Positions 27,100 through 38,694 of a DNA stretch of 64,000 nucleotides are shown piece by piece. The DNA is from Octopus vulgaris. Taxonomy: Eukaryota. Location: assembly GCA_951406725.2 (NCBI GenBank), contig OX597820.1, positions 46,934,001 to 46,998,000 on the forward strand, in the 5' to 3' direction. A program made the position numbers and the translations under genes. Under the pieces are notes generated by a model. The model made no database searches and was not told the origin of the DNA. It worked only from the letters and a program-made list of their open reading frames with translations. Numbering within the stretch: position 1 is the stretch's first letter; every line of letters begins with the position of its first letter.

Positions 27100-27250
27100 T
27101 ATTATCTCCCCTTCTTCCTAGCTCTCCTGTGTGACCCCTCTGTCTGGCATTCGCCATGATAGATCGCTAGCCACTACACATTCTTTATTTTCTCTCCTTG
27201 TTTCTTTCTGTGTTCCTTTCTGTGGAAGAGCGTAGACTCGAAATGTTATA
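27100..27250 (+). mobile_element. PLE-type terminal module with minimal HHR-like motif (27216-27249). Same family at 57720-57870(+) and 61035-61205(-)
   Basis: ccactacacattctttattttctc...cttt-CTGTGGA-A-GAG..CTC-GAAA shared among the copies. Confidence 0.6.
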
Positions 27251-27271
27251 CATGTATATGTATATACATAC

Positions 27272-27310
<39 letters not shown>

Positions 27311-27311
<1 letters not shown>

Positions 27312-27604
27312 AATTGCGGTGTGGAAGGTGTTTGTGAGCCATTTAAGAGGCACACGGGGGCCGTTCGGTTCACTTCAGCATTTGGGTTTGATTTGTCAAA
27401 ATATTTTCGTCGGTATGGGACCACGACCTGTTCACTGACAAAAATCCGTGAAAAAGAGATGCGGCACGGATTTTTGTCAGTGAACGGGTCGCCGTCTTGA
27501 AGCAGCGAAAGTGTTTTGACAAATTGGACTTGGATGCTGAAGTGAATCGAGCGGCTTTTGTGTGTTTCTTGAATGGCTTGCGGGCGCCTTCCACGCTGCA
27601 ATTG
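27311..27604 (+). repeat. 140-bp-arm palindrome (14-nt loop) with 31 G.T appositions
   Basis: Ungapped position-by-position pairing of 27311-27450 with 27465-27604: 104 Watson-Crick, 31 G.T, 5 other. Confidence 0.95.
27392..27442 (-). ncRNA. Minimal type I hammerhead-like motif with G3-C8 core
   Basis: TTTGTCA-GTGAACA-G-GTCG..CGAC-GAAA-ATAT-TT-TGACAAA: 7-bp stem I, 4-bp stem II, palindromic loop III. Confidence 0.65.
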
Positions 27605-27674
27605 TTTTCGTTTCAGCACACGATCTCAGATCAAATCACTTGCTATGCGAGTACATCTCTCTCTCTCTCTCTCA

Positions 27675-27740
<66 letters not shown>

Positions 27741-27886
27741 ACATATATATGTATGTGTTATACATACATATATATGTATATGTCATACATATATATGTAT
27801 ATGTTATACATATATATATATATGTATATATACATACATATATATATTCACGTGTATAGATATATATATGTATATATATATATATA

Positions 27887-29876
27887 TGATGCTATATTCC
27901 TGGTAAGGCAGCTGCAGGAGAAATACCTAGGCAAAGATAAGCCCCTGTACCTGGCTTTTGTTGACATGGAGAAAGCCTTCGACAGGGTCCCCCGATCCCT
28001 TATCTGGTGGGCAATGAGGAAACTAGGGATAGATGAATGGTTAGTGAGAGCTGTGCGGGCCATGTATAGGGACGCTGCTAGTAGGGTGAGGGTTGGAAAC
28101 GAGTACAGTGAAGAATTCCGGGTAGAGGTAGGGGTCCACCAAGGCTCAGTACTCAGCCCCCTCCTATTTATCATAGTCCTCCAGGCAATAACGGAGGAAT
28201 TCAAGACAGGATGCCCTTGGGAGCTCCTCTATGCTGATGACCTTGCTCTAATTGCTGAGTCGCTATCAGAACTGGAGGAGAAGTTTCAGGTGTGGAAACA
28301 AGGATTAGAATCGAAGGGCCTCAGAGTCAATCTAGCTAAAACCAAAGTCGTAATCAGTAGGAAGGTAGACAAATCACAAACGCCTTCAGGTAGATGGCCC
28401 TGCTCGATCTGTAGAAAAGGTGTAGGTAGAAACTCTATAAGATGCACCAAGTGTAAGCTATGGATACATAAGAGGTGCAGCAATGTCAAAGGAAGGCTAA
28501 CTAGGAAGATGATTTTTGTATGTGGCAGATGCTCAGGAACAATAAACACTGAAAATGCTCTGAGACCAACTTCCGTCACTTTCCAAGGAGAAAAACTAGA
28601 AATAGTTGATAGTTTCCGTTACCTAGGTGACCAAGTCAGCAGAGGGGGCGGGTGTGCTGAAAGTGTAACTGCTAGAGTAAGAATAGCTTGGGCAAAGTTC
28701 AGAGAGCTCTTACCTCTGCTGGTGACAAAAGGCCTCTCGCACAGAGTGAAAGGCAGACTGTATGATGCGTGTGTATGAACAGCCATGCTACATGGCAGTG
28801 AAACATGGGCCGTGACTGCTGAGGATATGCGTAAGCTCGCAAGAAATGAAGCCAGTATGCTCCGATGGATGTGTAATGTCAGTGTTCATAATCGACAGAG
28901 TGTAAGTACCTTGAGAGAAAAGCTGGACCTAAGAAGCATCAGTTGTGGTGTGCAAGAGAGACGATTGCGCTGGTATGGTCATGTGGTGAGAATGGATGAA
29001 GATAGTTGTGTGAAAAAGTGCCACACCCTAGCGGTTGAGGGAACCTGTGGAAGAGGCAGACCCAGGAAAACCTGGGACGAGGTGGTGAAGCACGACCTTC
29101 GAACTTTAGGTCTCACTGAGGAAATGACTGGAGACCGAGTCCTCTGGAAGTGTGCTGTGCGCGAGAAGACCCGGCAGGACAAGTGAGTCCATAACCCGTG
29201 GCCTTCTACTTGGGATGGAGCCAGCCTACGTATGCATACCTTCCCTTCTTGGGACACAAAACTCTACTTGTGAAGACCTGTTGAGGCAAGTGAGGATCAG
29301 AATCGAAATCGATCAATGGAAATTGCAGATGTGTTACCAGTGCCGGTGGCATGTCGATACTCTACTTGTGAAGACCCGTTGAGGCAAGTGAGGATCAGAA
29401 ATGGAAATCGATCAATGGAAATTGCAGATGTGTTACCAGTGCCAGTGGCATGTCGAAACTCTACTTGTGAAGACCCGTTGAGGCAAGTGAGGATCAGAAT
29501 GGAAATTGCAGATGTGTTACCAGTGCCGGTGGCATGTAAGAGAACCTTCCGTTTCGAGACTGTTGCCAGCACCGCCCCGTTTCATGTCCGTTGCCAGCCT
29601 CGCCTGGCCCTTGTGCCGGTGGCACATAAAAAGCACCATCCGTTCGTGGCCGTTTGCCAGCTCTGTCTGGCACCTGTGCGGGTGGCACGTAAAAAGCACC
29701 TACTACACTCACGGAGTGGTTGGCGTTAGGAAGGGCATCCAGCCGTAGAAACACTGCCAGATTTGACTGGGCCTGATGAAGCCTTCTGGCTTCACAGACC
29801 CCAGTAGAACCGTCCAACCCATGCTAGCATGGAAAACGGACGCTAAACGACGATGATGATGATGATGATGATGATA
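27887..29876 (+). mobile_element. Young 5'-truncated RTE-type LINE (RT with YADD, PHD finger, one CGA>TGA stop at 28776, tandem-repeat 3' UTR, (GAT)n tail)
   Basis: [22 protein letters not shown] and LLYADDL motifs; RGRPRKTW C-terminus. Confidence 0.97.
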
Positions 29877-29932
29877 TATATATGTATATATATATATATA
29901 TATAGGAAGGTTTGGAGATGATGTACAGGTAT

Positions 29933-30320
29933 TATATATTAGAAGAAATGAGGTACTCAGAAGATCAGATGGTTTATATTTACAGATATTTATTTGTATA
30001 TTACATTTTTTATATATATATCATATCACTTAGATCATTAGTGCTTTCTCCCATTCTAGTGGGGTTTTCAAATCAAACTAAGTTCCTGTGTGAGGAGATT
30101 TGACCATTTTATGTGTGAGGAGATTTGACCATTTTATAAAATGGTCAAATCTCCTCACACAGGAACTTAGTTTGATTTGAAAACCCCACTAGAATGGGAG
30201 AAAGCGCTAATGATCTAAGTGATATGATATATATATAAAAAATGTAATATACAAATAAATATCTGTAAATATAAACCATCCGATCTTCTGAGTACCTGAT
30301 TTCTTCTAATATATATATAT
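29933..30320. repeat. Near-perfect ~180-bp-arm fold-back palindrome in (TA)n; second copy ~36068-36440
   Basis: Arms differ at about 3 positions; centre gaccattttataaaatggtc. Confidence 0.95.
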
Positions 30321-30736
30321 ATATATACTCACACACACATATATGTATACATACACAAATCAGATAAGAAGGGATTAAAAATCCAAGCTGATTCCACAAT
30401 CTGCACTTTCGCAAATGTTGTCTAACACAGTGTATATAAGTAGATTGTTTACCTTAAAGAAAATTGCTCATACAAAGTGAAAGGTCTAATAAATTGTAGG
30501 ATGTGATTCGAGGGAGGTTTGGCTGATATTTCTAGCAGGTTGAGTCACCATACAGAGGCTGATTATGGGAATCTAAGCTCTCAAGAGTCAAGTGCATAAA
30601 TTCTCATTACAGGAATTAAAGATGAAAGGTTACTGCTCAAAAATATTAGTCTCTTATTCCATGTCATGTAAATGACATGCTTTGCTTCAATATCTGTTGT
30701 TTTTAAATATTATCATATTAACCTTTTTACATTTAA

Positions 30737-30957
30737 CTCTGTAGCATTCAGATTACTCTATCAAATGTAATGCTTATTTATGCACAATGTTTGGAATTAA
30801 TAATATAATATCTGATAGCTTCAAAATTTCGATGAGATGATTGCATGCTTTTTAAAATGACATTGTAGAGTAGGTGTGAGAGGCCAGATCTGTCTGGTTT
30901 GTGTATAAAACAGGTAGAATATTTGGGCTGGGTATGGTCAGTTTAAATGCTAAAAGG
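30737..30957. mobile_element. piggyBac-like MITE. Related copies ~32615-32830, 45735-45916
   Basis: TTAA flanks; ctctgtagcatt / aatgctaaaagg termini. Confidence 0.6.
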
Positions 30958-31019
30958 TTAAACTAGCCATATCTGATTTATAGTAGCTTACCTTTTGACT
31001 TATTTTAGAACATGGTTGA

Positions 31020-31516
31020 GTCCATAAAATAGAATTTGACTACACCTCCATTTAGAGCACAGTTTAAGCTATCTTTCGTGGAAGAAGATTTATGTTCCTA
31101 TAACCTGTGTTAATTCTGTAACCCTTTAAAATGGAAGATAAGAAAGTTCATTTTCGGCACTTGATGCTTTGGGAACCAGACAAAAATTGCTGCAGCTCGG
31201 CTGGGATATGTTACCCCACCCTCCATATTCTCCAGATATTGCTCCTTCAGATTTGCACTTATTCAGGTCTCTGCAGAATAGTCTTAATGGTAAAAATTTC
31301 AATTCGTTGGATGACGTAAAAAGATACCTTGATGAATTCTTCGCCATGAAACCACCTCAATTCTGGGAAGAGGGTAATTTCAAGGTAATGGATAGATGGA
31401 GACGCATTGTGCAACAAAAAGGTTCATGTTTGGTTGATTAAAAATGTAATGGCAAGTATTTATTGACCTTTTTCTTTCCTTTAAAAATCGGCACAAACTT
31501 TCCGAAGAACCCAATA
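31020..31516 (+). mobile_element. Internally deleted mariner; duplicate at ~37415-37911
   Basis: MEDKKVHFRHLMLWE fused to LPHPPYSPDIAPSDLHLFRSLQNSL; 3' TIR ending ...aacccaaTA. Confidence 0.9.
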
Positions 31517-31760
31517 CTTGTTTTATGTTCAGATCTGGCCTTTCCTATCTAGCCTACAATGTCATTTTAAAAGTAAACAGTCACATCATTGAGAGGTAGA
31601 GGTACAAGATAATACATGATGAATTCAAAATGATGTGAATACATAAGCATTACATTTCACTGAATAATATTAATGCTAAAGGGGTTGTTAAAGGTTAATC
31701 ATTGATTAGTTGTAATGTGAAACACTTTCGTATAAATATTTTCTTTTTATTTTAACAAAG

Positions 31761-31881
31761 GCTGGCTTTGAAAAAGAGGCAATCAAGAAGTGTAGTGAAG
31801 TTCTCACAATAGACTCTAACAATGTGGATGCTTATTGCGACCGAGCTGAAGCTTATATTAAAGCCACCCAGTACAACGACG
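31761..31881 (+). CDS. DNAJC3: DNAJC3 exon 8, copy 1 (AGFEKEAIKKCSEVL...DRAEAYIKATQYND)
   Basis: AG/GTAAGT, phase 0/1, DRAEAY motif. Confidence 0.9.
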
Positions 31882-32161
31882 GTAAGTGGTTTGATCATCA
31901 ATGAAGGCTGCAAACAGCTGAGGTGTATAAGAGGAAATTGTTTGTTGTATGACTGAGTGCCCATTGTAATGTCTAGAACAGGCATGGCCATTTTTTTTTG
32001 TATGGAGGGGAAGGGGGTCGATCTAATTGACTGGCCCCCTCCCCAAAAATTTTGGCCTTGTGCCTAGAGTAAGAAAAGATATTGTCTACACTCATTTTCG
32101 TTACATTTTGTCCTTCATTGTAATGCCATATCTCTACTTTCTTTTTCTCATTCCTCTATAG

Positions 32162-32294
32162 CGGTTAACGATTACCAACAAGCACAGAATATCGACTCAG
32201 AATCACATAGAGTCCAAGAAGGTCTGGAGAAAGCTAAAAAAATTCTTAAGCAATCAAAAAGAAGAGATTATTATAAAATCCTTGGTGTACGGAG
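32162..32294 (+). CDS. DNAJC3: DNAJC3 exon 9, copy 1 (AVNDYQQA...KQSKRRDYYKILGVR)
   Basis: AG/GT, J-domain start DYYKILGV, phase 1/2. Confidence 0.9.
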
Positions 32295-32390
32295 GTTGGT
32301 TTCTTTCTCTTTCTCTCTCTCTTCTACTTTATCTCCTGTTCACTCTCTCTTTTCCTCTTCTCTCTCTCTCTCTCATCTTCTCTATTATTA

Positions 32391-32485
32391 TATATAAACT
32401 CTTTAGCTACAGTACAGACAATACAAATTGCATATAGAATATATGCAATTTGTATTGTCTGTACTGTAGCTAAAAAGTTTATATA
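32391..32485. repeat. 46-bp-arm palindrome with GAA loop, ~100 nt after exon 9; duplicate ~38793-38888
   Basis: One mismatch between the arms. Confidence 0.9.
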
Positions 32486-33534
32486 CCCTTCTGAAAGCTT
32501 TTGAATAAGTCAAAATGTAGATGTTAGATTTTCGTATATGCTGTTGTGCATCAACAGATCATAATGAAGATGAAGAAATGTCTATGGCTTTTGTATAGGT
32601 TGTCATGTATTTAACACTTTAGCATTCAGATTTGCTTGTCAAATCAAATGCTTACTTATTCTCGTTATTTTGAATTAATCATGCATTATCTTGTAGCTTC
32701 AAGAATTTGATGGTATGTTTGTTATATTTTTAGAATGACATTGTAGGGTAGGTGTGAGAGATTGAACCTGATCAGTTTTAACATAAAACAATATTTGGGC
32801 AGGATATGGCTGGATTAAGTGCTAAAAGGTTGAAACGCATCTATAGGAATTTATATTGCCTAGAATGTGTACATACTTTATAGATATGCATAAGCATTGG
32901 CTCTATAGCTGTGTGTCACATGTAGTCAGTGAAGACTTGTATTTAATAACTATATGCATTTGTGCATATTGTAATATACTGTAGGACTGTATATGACTTT
33001 AATCTATGGAGATTTATATAGCAGATGCTGCAGGATCAGTGTTTAGTCGTTAGAGCATTGGGCTCACAATCATGAGGTAGTGAGTTTGATTCCCGGAACG
33101 GGCAGTGTGTTGTGCTCTTGAGCAAGACACTTTATTTCACATTGCTCCAGTCCACTCAGCTGTAGAAATGAGTTGCAATGTCACTGGTACCAAGCTGTAT
33201 CAGTCTTTGCCTTTCCCTTGGATGACATTGATGGTGTGGAAAGGAGGAGGCTGGTATACAGAGGCGACTGGTGGTCTTCCATAAACAACCTTGCCCAAAC
33301 TTGTACCTTGGAGGGGAACTTTCTAGGTGCAATCCCATGGTCATTCATGACCGAAGGGGGCCTTTACTCAATATTTGGAGATTTACATAACTTGTACTGT
33401 AGTTATAAGTGTTTGTATAACTTGTAGTCTGTTATATGTTGATTTTCATAGGCTTTAATGTTACATAGTTTATGCTGCCTTAAATTTATGTAAGGATTTG
33501 TACAATCTCTATGTTATGATAATATTTTTGCCAG

Positions 33535-33683
33535 GAATGCAGACAAACGTACGATACTAAGGGCATACAGAAAGCTGGCTGTGAAATGGCACCCTGATAA
33601 ATATGATAATGAAGAGGACAAAAAGAATGCACAGCAACACTTCATTGATATTGCTGCTGCCAAAGAGGTTTTGACCAATCCTG
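33535..33683 (+). CDS. DNAJC3: DNAJC3 exon 10, copy 1 (J-domain HPD: RAYRKLAVKWHPDK...FIDIAAAKEVLTNP)
   Basis: CAG/GTGAGT, HPD motif, phase 2/1. Confidence 0.9.
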
Positions 33684-33882
33684 GTGAGTGTTTGGTGACG
33701 GCACTAAGAATGTTTAAATGCTCATGTAGATTCACACTCACATCCACTCCCCAGCAATCTCTCTCCTCACAAGACATTTTCTCTCTTGCTCTTTCTCTCT
33801 CTCTTTCTCACTTTCTTTCTTTACCACATTCACCATATAAAGTGAGATCACTACCCAAAGTTACGGGGAAGTAAACACACCA

Positions 33883-33982
33883 NNNNNNNNNNNNNNNNNN
33901 NNNNNNNNNNNNNNNNNNNNNNNNNNNNNNNNNNNNNNNNNNNNNNNNNNNNNNNNNNNNNNNNNNNNNNNNNNNNNNNNNN
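33883..33982. other. Assembly gap (100 N)
   Basis: Run of exactly 100 N between the two duplicated blocks. Confidence 0.99.
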
Positions 33983-34026
33983 TATATATTCACGTGTATA
34001 GATATATATATGTATATATATATATA

Positions 34027-36006
34027 TGATGCTATATTCCTGGTAAGGCAGCTGCAGGAGAAATACCTAGGCAAAGATAAGCCCCTGTACCTGGCTTTTG
34101 TTGACATGGAGAAAGCCTTCGACAGGGTCCCCCGATCCCTTATCTGGTGGGCAATGAGGAAACTAGGGATAGATGAATGGTTAGTGAGAGCTGTGCGGGC
34201 CATGTATAGGGACGCTGCTAGTAGGGTGAGGGTTGGAAACGAGTACAGTGAAGAATTCCGGGTAGAGGTAGGGGTCCACCAAGGCTCAGTACTCAGCCCC
34301 CTCCTATTTATCATAGTCCTCCAGGCAATAACGGAGGAATTCAAGACAGGATGCCCTTGGGAGCTCCTCTATGCTGATGACCTTGCTCTAATTGCTGAGT
34401 CGCTATCAGAACTGGAGGAGAAGTTTCAGGTGTGGAAACAAGGATTAGAATCGAAGGGCCTCAGAGTCAATCTAGCTAAAACCAAAGTCGTAATCAGTAG
34501 GAAGGTAGACAAATCACAAACGCCTTCAGGTAGATGGCCCTGCTCGATCTGTAGAAAAGGTGTAGGTAGAAACTCTATAAGATGCACCAAGTGTAAGCTA
34601 TGGATACATAAGAGGTGCAGCAATGTCAAAGGAAGGCTAACTAGGAAGATGATTTTTGTATGTGGCAGATGCTCAGGAACAATAAACACTGAAAATGCTC
34701 TGAGACCAACTTCCGTCACTTTCCAAGGAGAAAAACTAGAAATAGTTGATAGTTTCCGTTACCTAGGTGACCAAGTCAGCAGAGGGGGCGGGTGTGCTGA
34801 AAGTGTAACTGCTAGAGTAAGAATAGCTTGGGCAAAGTTCAGAGAGCTCTTACCTCTGCTGGTGACAAAAGGCCTCTCGCACAGAGTGAAAGGCAGACTG
34901 TATGATGCGTGTGTATGAACAGCCATGCTACATGGCAGTGAAACATGGGCCGTGACTGCTGAGGATATGCGTAAGCTCGCAAGAAATGAAGCCAGTATGC
35001 TCCGATGGATGTGTAATGTCAGTGTTCATAATCGACAGAGTGTAAGTACCTTGAGAGAAAAGCTGGACCTAAGAAGCATCAGTTGTGGTGTGCAAGAGAG
35101 ACGATTGCGCTGGTATGGTCATGTGGTGAGAATGGATGAAGATAGTTGTGTGAAAAAGTGCCACACCCTAGCGGTTGAGGGAACCTGTGGAAGAGGCAGA
35201 CCCAGGAAAACCTGGGACGAGGTGGTGAAGCACGACCTTCGAACTTTAGGTCTCACTGAGGAAATGACTGGAGACCGAGTCCTCTGGAAGTGTGCTGTGC
35301 GCGAGAAGACCCGGCAGGACAAGTGAGTCCATAACCCGTGGCCTTCTACTTGGGATGGAGCCAGCCTACGTATGCATACCTTCCCTTCTTGGGACACAAA
35401 ACTCTACTTGTGAAGACCTGTTGAGGCAAGTGAGGATCAGAATCGAAATCGATCAATGGAAATTGCAGATGTGTTACCAGTGCCGGTGGCATGTCGATAC
35501 TCTACTTGTGAAGACCCGTTGAGGCAAGTGAGGATCAGAAATGGAAATCGATCAATGGAAATTGCAGATGTGTTACCAGTGCCAGTGGCATGTCGAAACT
35601 CTACTTGTGAAGACCCGTTGAGGCAAGTGAGGATCAGAATGGAAATTGCAGATGTGTTACCAGTGCCGGTGGCATGTAAGAGAACCTTCCGTTTCGAGAC
35701 TGTTGCCAGCACCGCCCCGTTTCATGTCCGTTGCCAGCCTCGCCTGGCCCTTGTGCCGGTGGCACATAAAAAGCACCATCCGTTCGTGGCCGTTTGCCAG
35801 CTCTGTCTGGCACCTGTGCGGGTGGCACGTAAAAAGCACCTACTACACTCACGGAGTGGTTGGCGTTAGGAAGGGCATCCAGCCGTAGAAACACTGCCAG
35901 ATTTGACTGGGCCTGATGAAGCCTTCTGGCTTCACAGACCCCAGTAGAACCGTCCAACCCATGCTAGCATGGAAAACGGACGCTAACGACGATGATGAGA
36001 TGATGA

Positions 36007-36010
<4 letters not shown>
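34027..36010 (+). mobile_element. Duplicate of the RTE LINE at 27887
   Basis: Identical ORF translations at an offset of 6140. Confidence 0.95.
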
Positions 36011-36041
<31 letters not shown>

Positions 36042-37140
36042 AAGGTTTGGAGATGGTGTACAGGTATTATATATTAGAAGAAATGAGGTACTCAGAAGAT
36101 CAGATGGTTTATATTTACAGATATTTATTTGTATATTACATTTTTTATATATATATCATATCACTTAGATCATTAGTGCTTTCTCCCATTCTAGTGGGGT
36201 TTTCAAATCAAACTAAGTTCCTGTGTGAGGAGATTTGACCATTTTATAAAATGGTCGAGATCTCCTCACATTTTATAAAATGGTCAAATCTCCTCACACA
36301 GGAACTTAGTTTGATTTGAAAACCCCACTAGAATGGGAGAAAGCGCTAATGATCTAAGTGATATGATATATATATAAAAAATGTAATATACAAATAAATA
36401 TCTGTAAATATCCGAAACCTCATTTCTTCTAATATATATATATATATATATCGAAACGTCATACCCTCCTTCTTCCATTTTCCTGAGCACCTATTAATAA
36501 TAATACTGTAATTGTTCCACGTGTTGTTTTTCTGTTTTCCCGTTTGGATTAACCCTATATATATATATATATATATATACTCACACACACATATATGTAC
36601 ACATACACAAATCAGATAAGAAGGGATTAAAAATCCAAGCTGATTCCACAATCTGCACTTTCGCAAATGTTGGCTAACACAGTGTATATAAGTAGATTGT
36701 TTACCTTAAAGAAAATTGCTCATACAAAGTGAAAGGTCTAATAAATTGTAGGATGTGATTCGAGGGAGGTTTGGCTGATATTTCTAGCAGGTTGAGTCAC
36801 CATACAGAGGCTGATTATGGGAATCTAAGCTCTCAAGAGTCAAGTGCATAAATTCTCATTACAGGGATTAAAGATGAAAGGTTACTGCTCAAAAATATTA
36901 GTCTCTTATTCCATGTCATGTAAATGACATGCTTTGCTTCAATATCTGTTGTTTAAATATTGTCATTGTAACCTTTTCACATTTAACTCTGTAGCATTCA
37001 GATTACTCTGTCAAATGTAATGCTTATTTATGCACATTGTTTGGAATTAATAATATAATATCTGATAGCTTCAAAATTTCGATGAGATGATTGCATGCTT
37101 TTTAAAATGACATTGTAGAGTAGGTGTGAGAGGTCAGATC

Positions 37141-37290
37141 GCCAACACTACACTTGATACACACACAAGCATGTCTGACTCATACATTGTTTTTCCAGAC
37201 ATTTCTACATTACTGCATGTACTATATGCACTTTCTGACAAGTTGTGGTGCAACGAACTGTATTTTTCATTATTATTATTATTATCATTA
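37141..37290 (+). mobile_element. CR1-like 3'-end insertion with (ATT)n tail, present only in copy 2
   Basis: Absent at the homologous site 30890-30893; resembles the reverse complement of 50665-50755. Confidence 0.75.
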
Positions 37291-38155
37291 TCTGGTTTGT
37301 GTATAAACTAGAATATTTGGACTGGATATGGTCAGTTTAAATGCTAAAAGGTTAAACTAGCCATATCTGATTTATAGTAGCTTACCTTTTGACTTATTTT
37401 AGAACATGGTTGAGTCCATAAAATAGAATTTGACTACACCTCCATTTAGAGCTCAGTTTAAGCTATCTTTTCGTGGAAGAAGATTTATGTTCCTATAACC
37501 TGTATTAATTCTGTAACCCTTTAAAATGGAAGATAAGAAAGTTCATTTTCGGCACTTGATGCTTTGGGAACCAGACAAAAATTGCTGCAGCTCGGCTGGG
37601 ATATGTTACCCCACCCTCCATATTCTCCAGATATTGCTCCTTCAGATTTGCACTTATTCAGGTCTCTGCAGAATAGTCTTAATGGTAAAAATTTCAATTC
37701 GTTGGATGACGTAAAAAGATACCTTGATGAATTCTTCGCCATGAAACCACCTCAATTCTGGGAAGAGGGTAATTTCAAGGTAATGGATAGATGGAGACGC
37801 ATTGTGCAACAAAAAGGTTCATGTTTGGTTGATTAAAAATGTAATGGCAAGTATTTATTGACCTTTTTCTTTCCTTTAAAAATCGGCACAAACTTTCCGA
37901 AGAACCCAATACTTGTTTTATGTTCAGATCTGGCCTCTCCTATCTAGCCTACAATGTCATTTTAAAAGTAAACAGTCACATCATTGAGAGGTAGAGGTAC
38001 AAGATAATACATGATGAATTCAAAATGATGTGAATACATAAGCATTACATTTCACTGAATAATATTAATGCTAAAGGGGTTGTTAAAGGTTAATCATTGA
38101 TTAGTTGTAATGTGAAACACTTTCGTATAAATATTTTATTTTTATTTTAACAAAG

Positions 38156-38276
38156 GCTGGCTTTGAAAAAGAGGCAATCAAGAAGTGTAGTGAAGTTCTC
38201 ACAATAGACTCTAACAATGTGGATGCTTATTGCGACCGAGCTGAAGCTTATATTAAAGCCACCCAGTACAACGACG
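38156..38276 (+). CDS. DNAJC3: DNAJC3 exon 8, copy 2
   Basis: Same sequence as 31761-31881, inside the duplicated block. Confidence 0.85.
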
Positions 38277-38561
38277 GTAAGTGGTTTGATCATCAATGAA
38301 GGCTGCAAACAGCTGAGGTGTATAAGAGGAAATTGTTTGTTGTATGACTGAGTGCCCATTGTAATGTCTAGAACAGGCATGGCCATTTTTTTTTTTTGCA
38401 TATGGAGGGGAAGGGGGTCGATCTAATTGACTGGCCCCCTCCCCAAAAATTTTGGCCTTGTGCCTAGAGTAAGAAAAGATATTGTCTACACTCATTTTCG
38501 TTACATTTTGTCCTTCATTGTAATGCCATATCTCTACTTTCTTTTTCTCATTCCTCTATAG

Positions 38562-38694
38562 CGGTTAACGATTACCAACAAGCACAGAATATCGACTCAG
38601 AATCACATAGAGTCCAAGAAGGTCTGGAGAAAGCTAAAAAAATTCTTAAGCAATCAAAAAGAAGAGATTATTATAAAATCCTTGGTGTACGGAG
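38562..38694 (+). CDS. DNAJC3: DNAJC3 exon 9, copy 2
   Basis: Same sequence as 32162-32294. Confidence 0.85.

Noticed and set aside
27573-27886. N-terminal extension of the 401-aa ORF
   Set aside because: Chance read-through of palindrome tail and microsatellite into a 5'-truncated LINE.
29262-29540. CRISPR-like array
   Set aside because: No unique spacers; tandem units in a LINE UTR in eukaryotic DNA.
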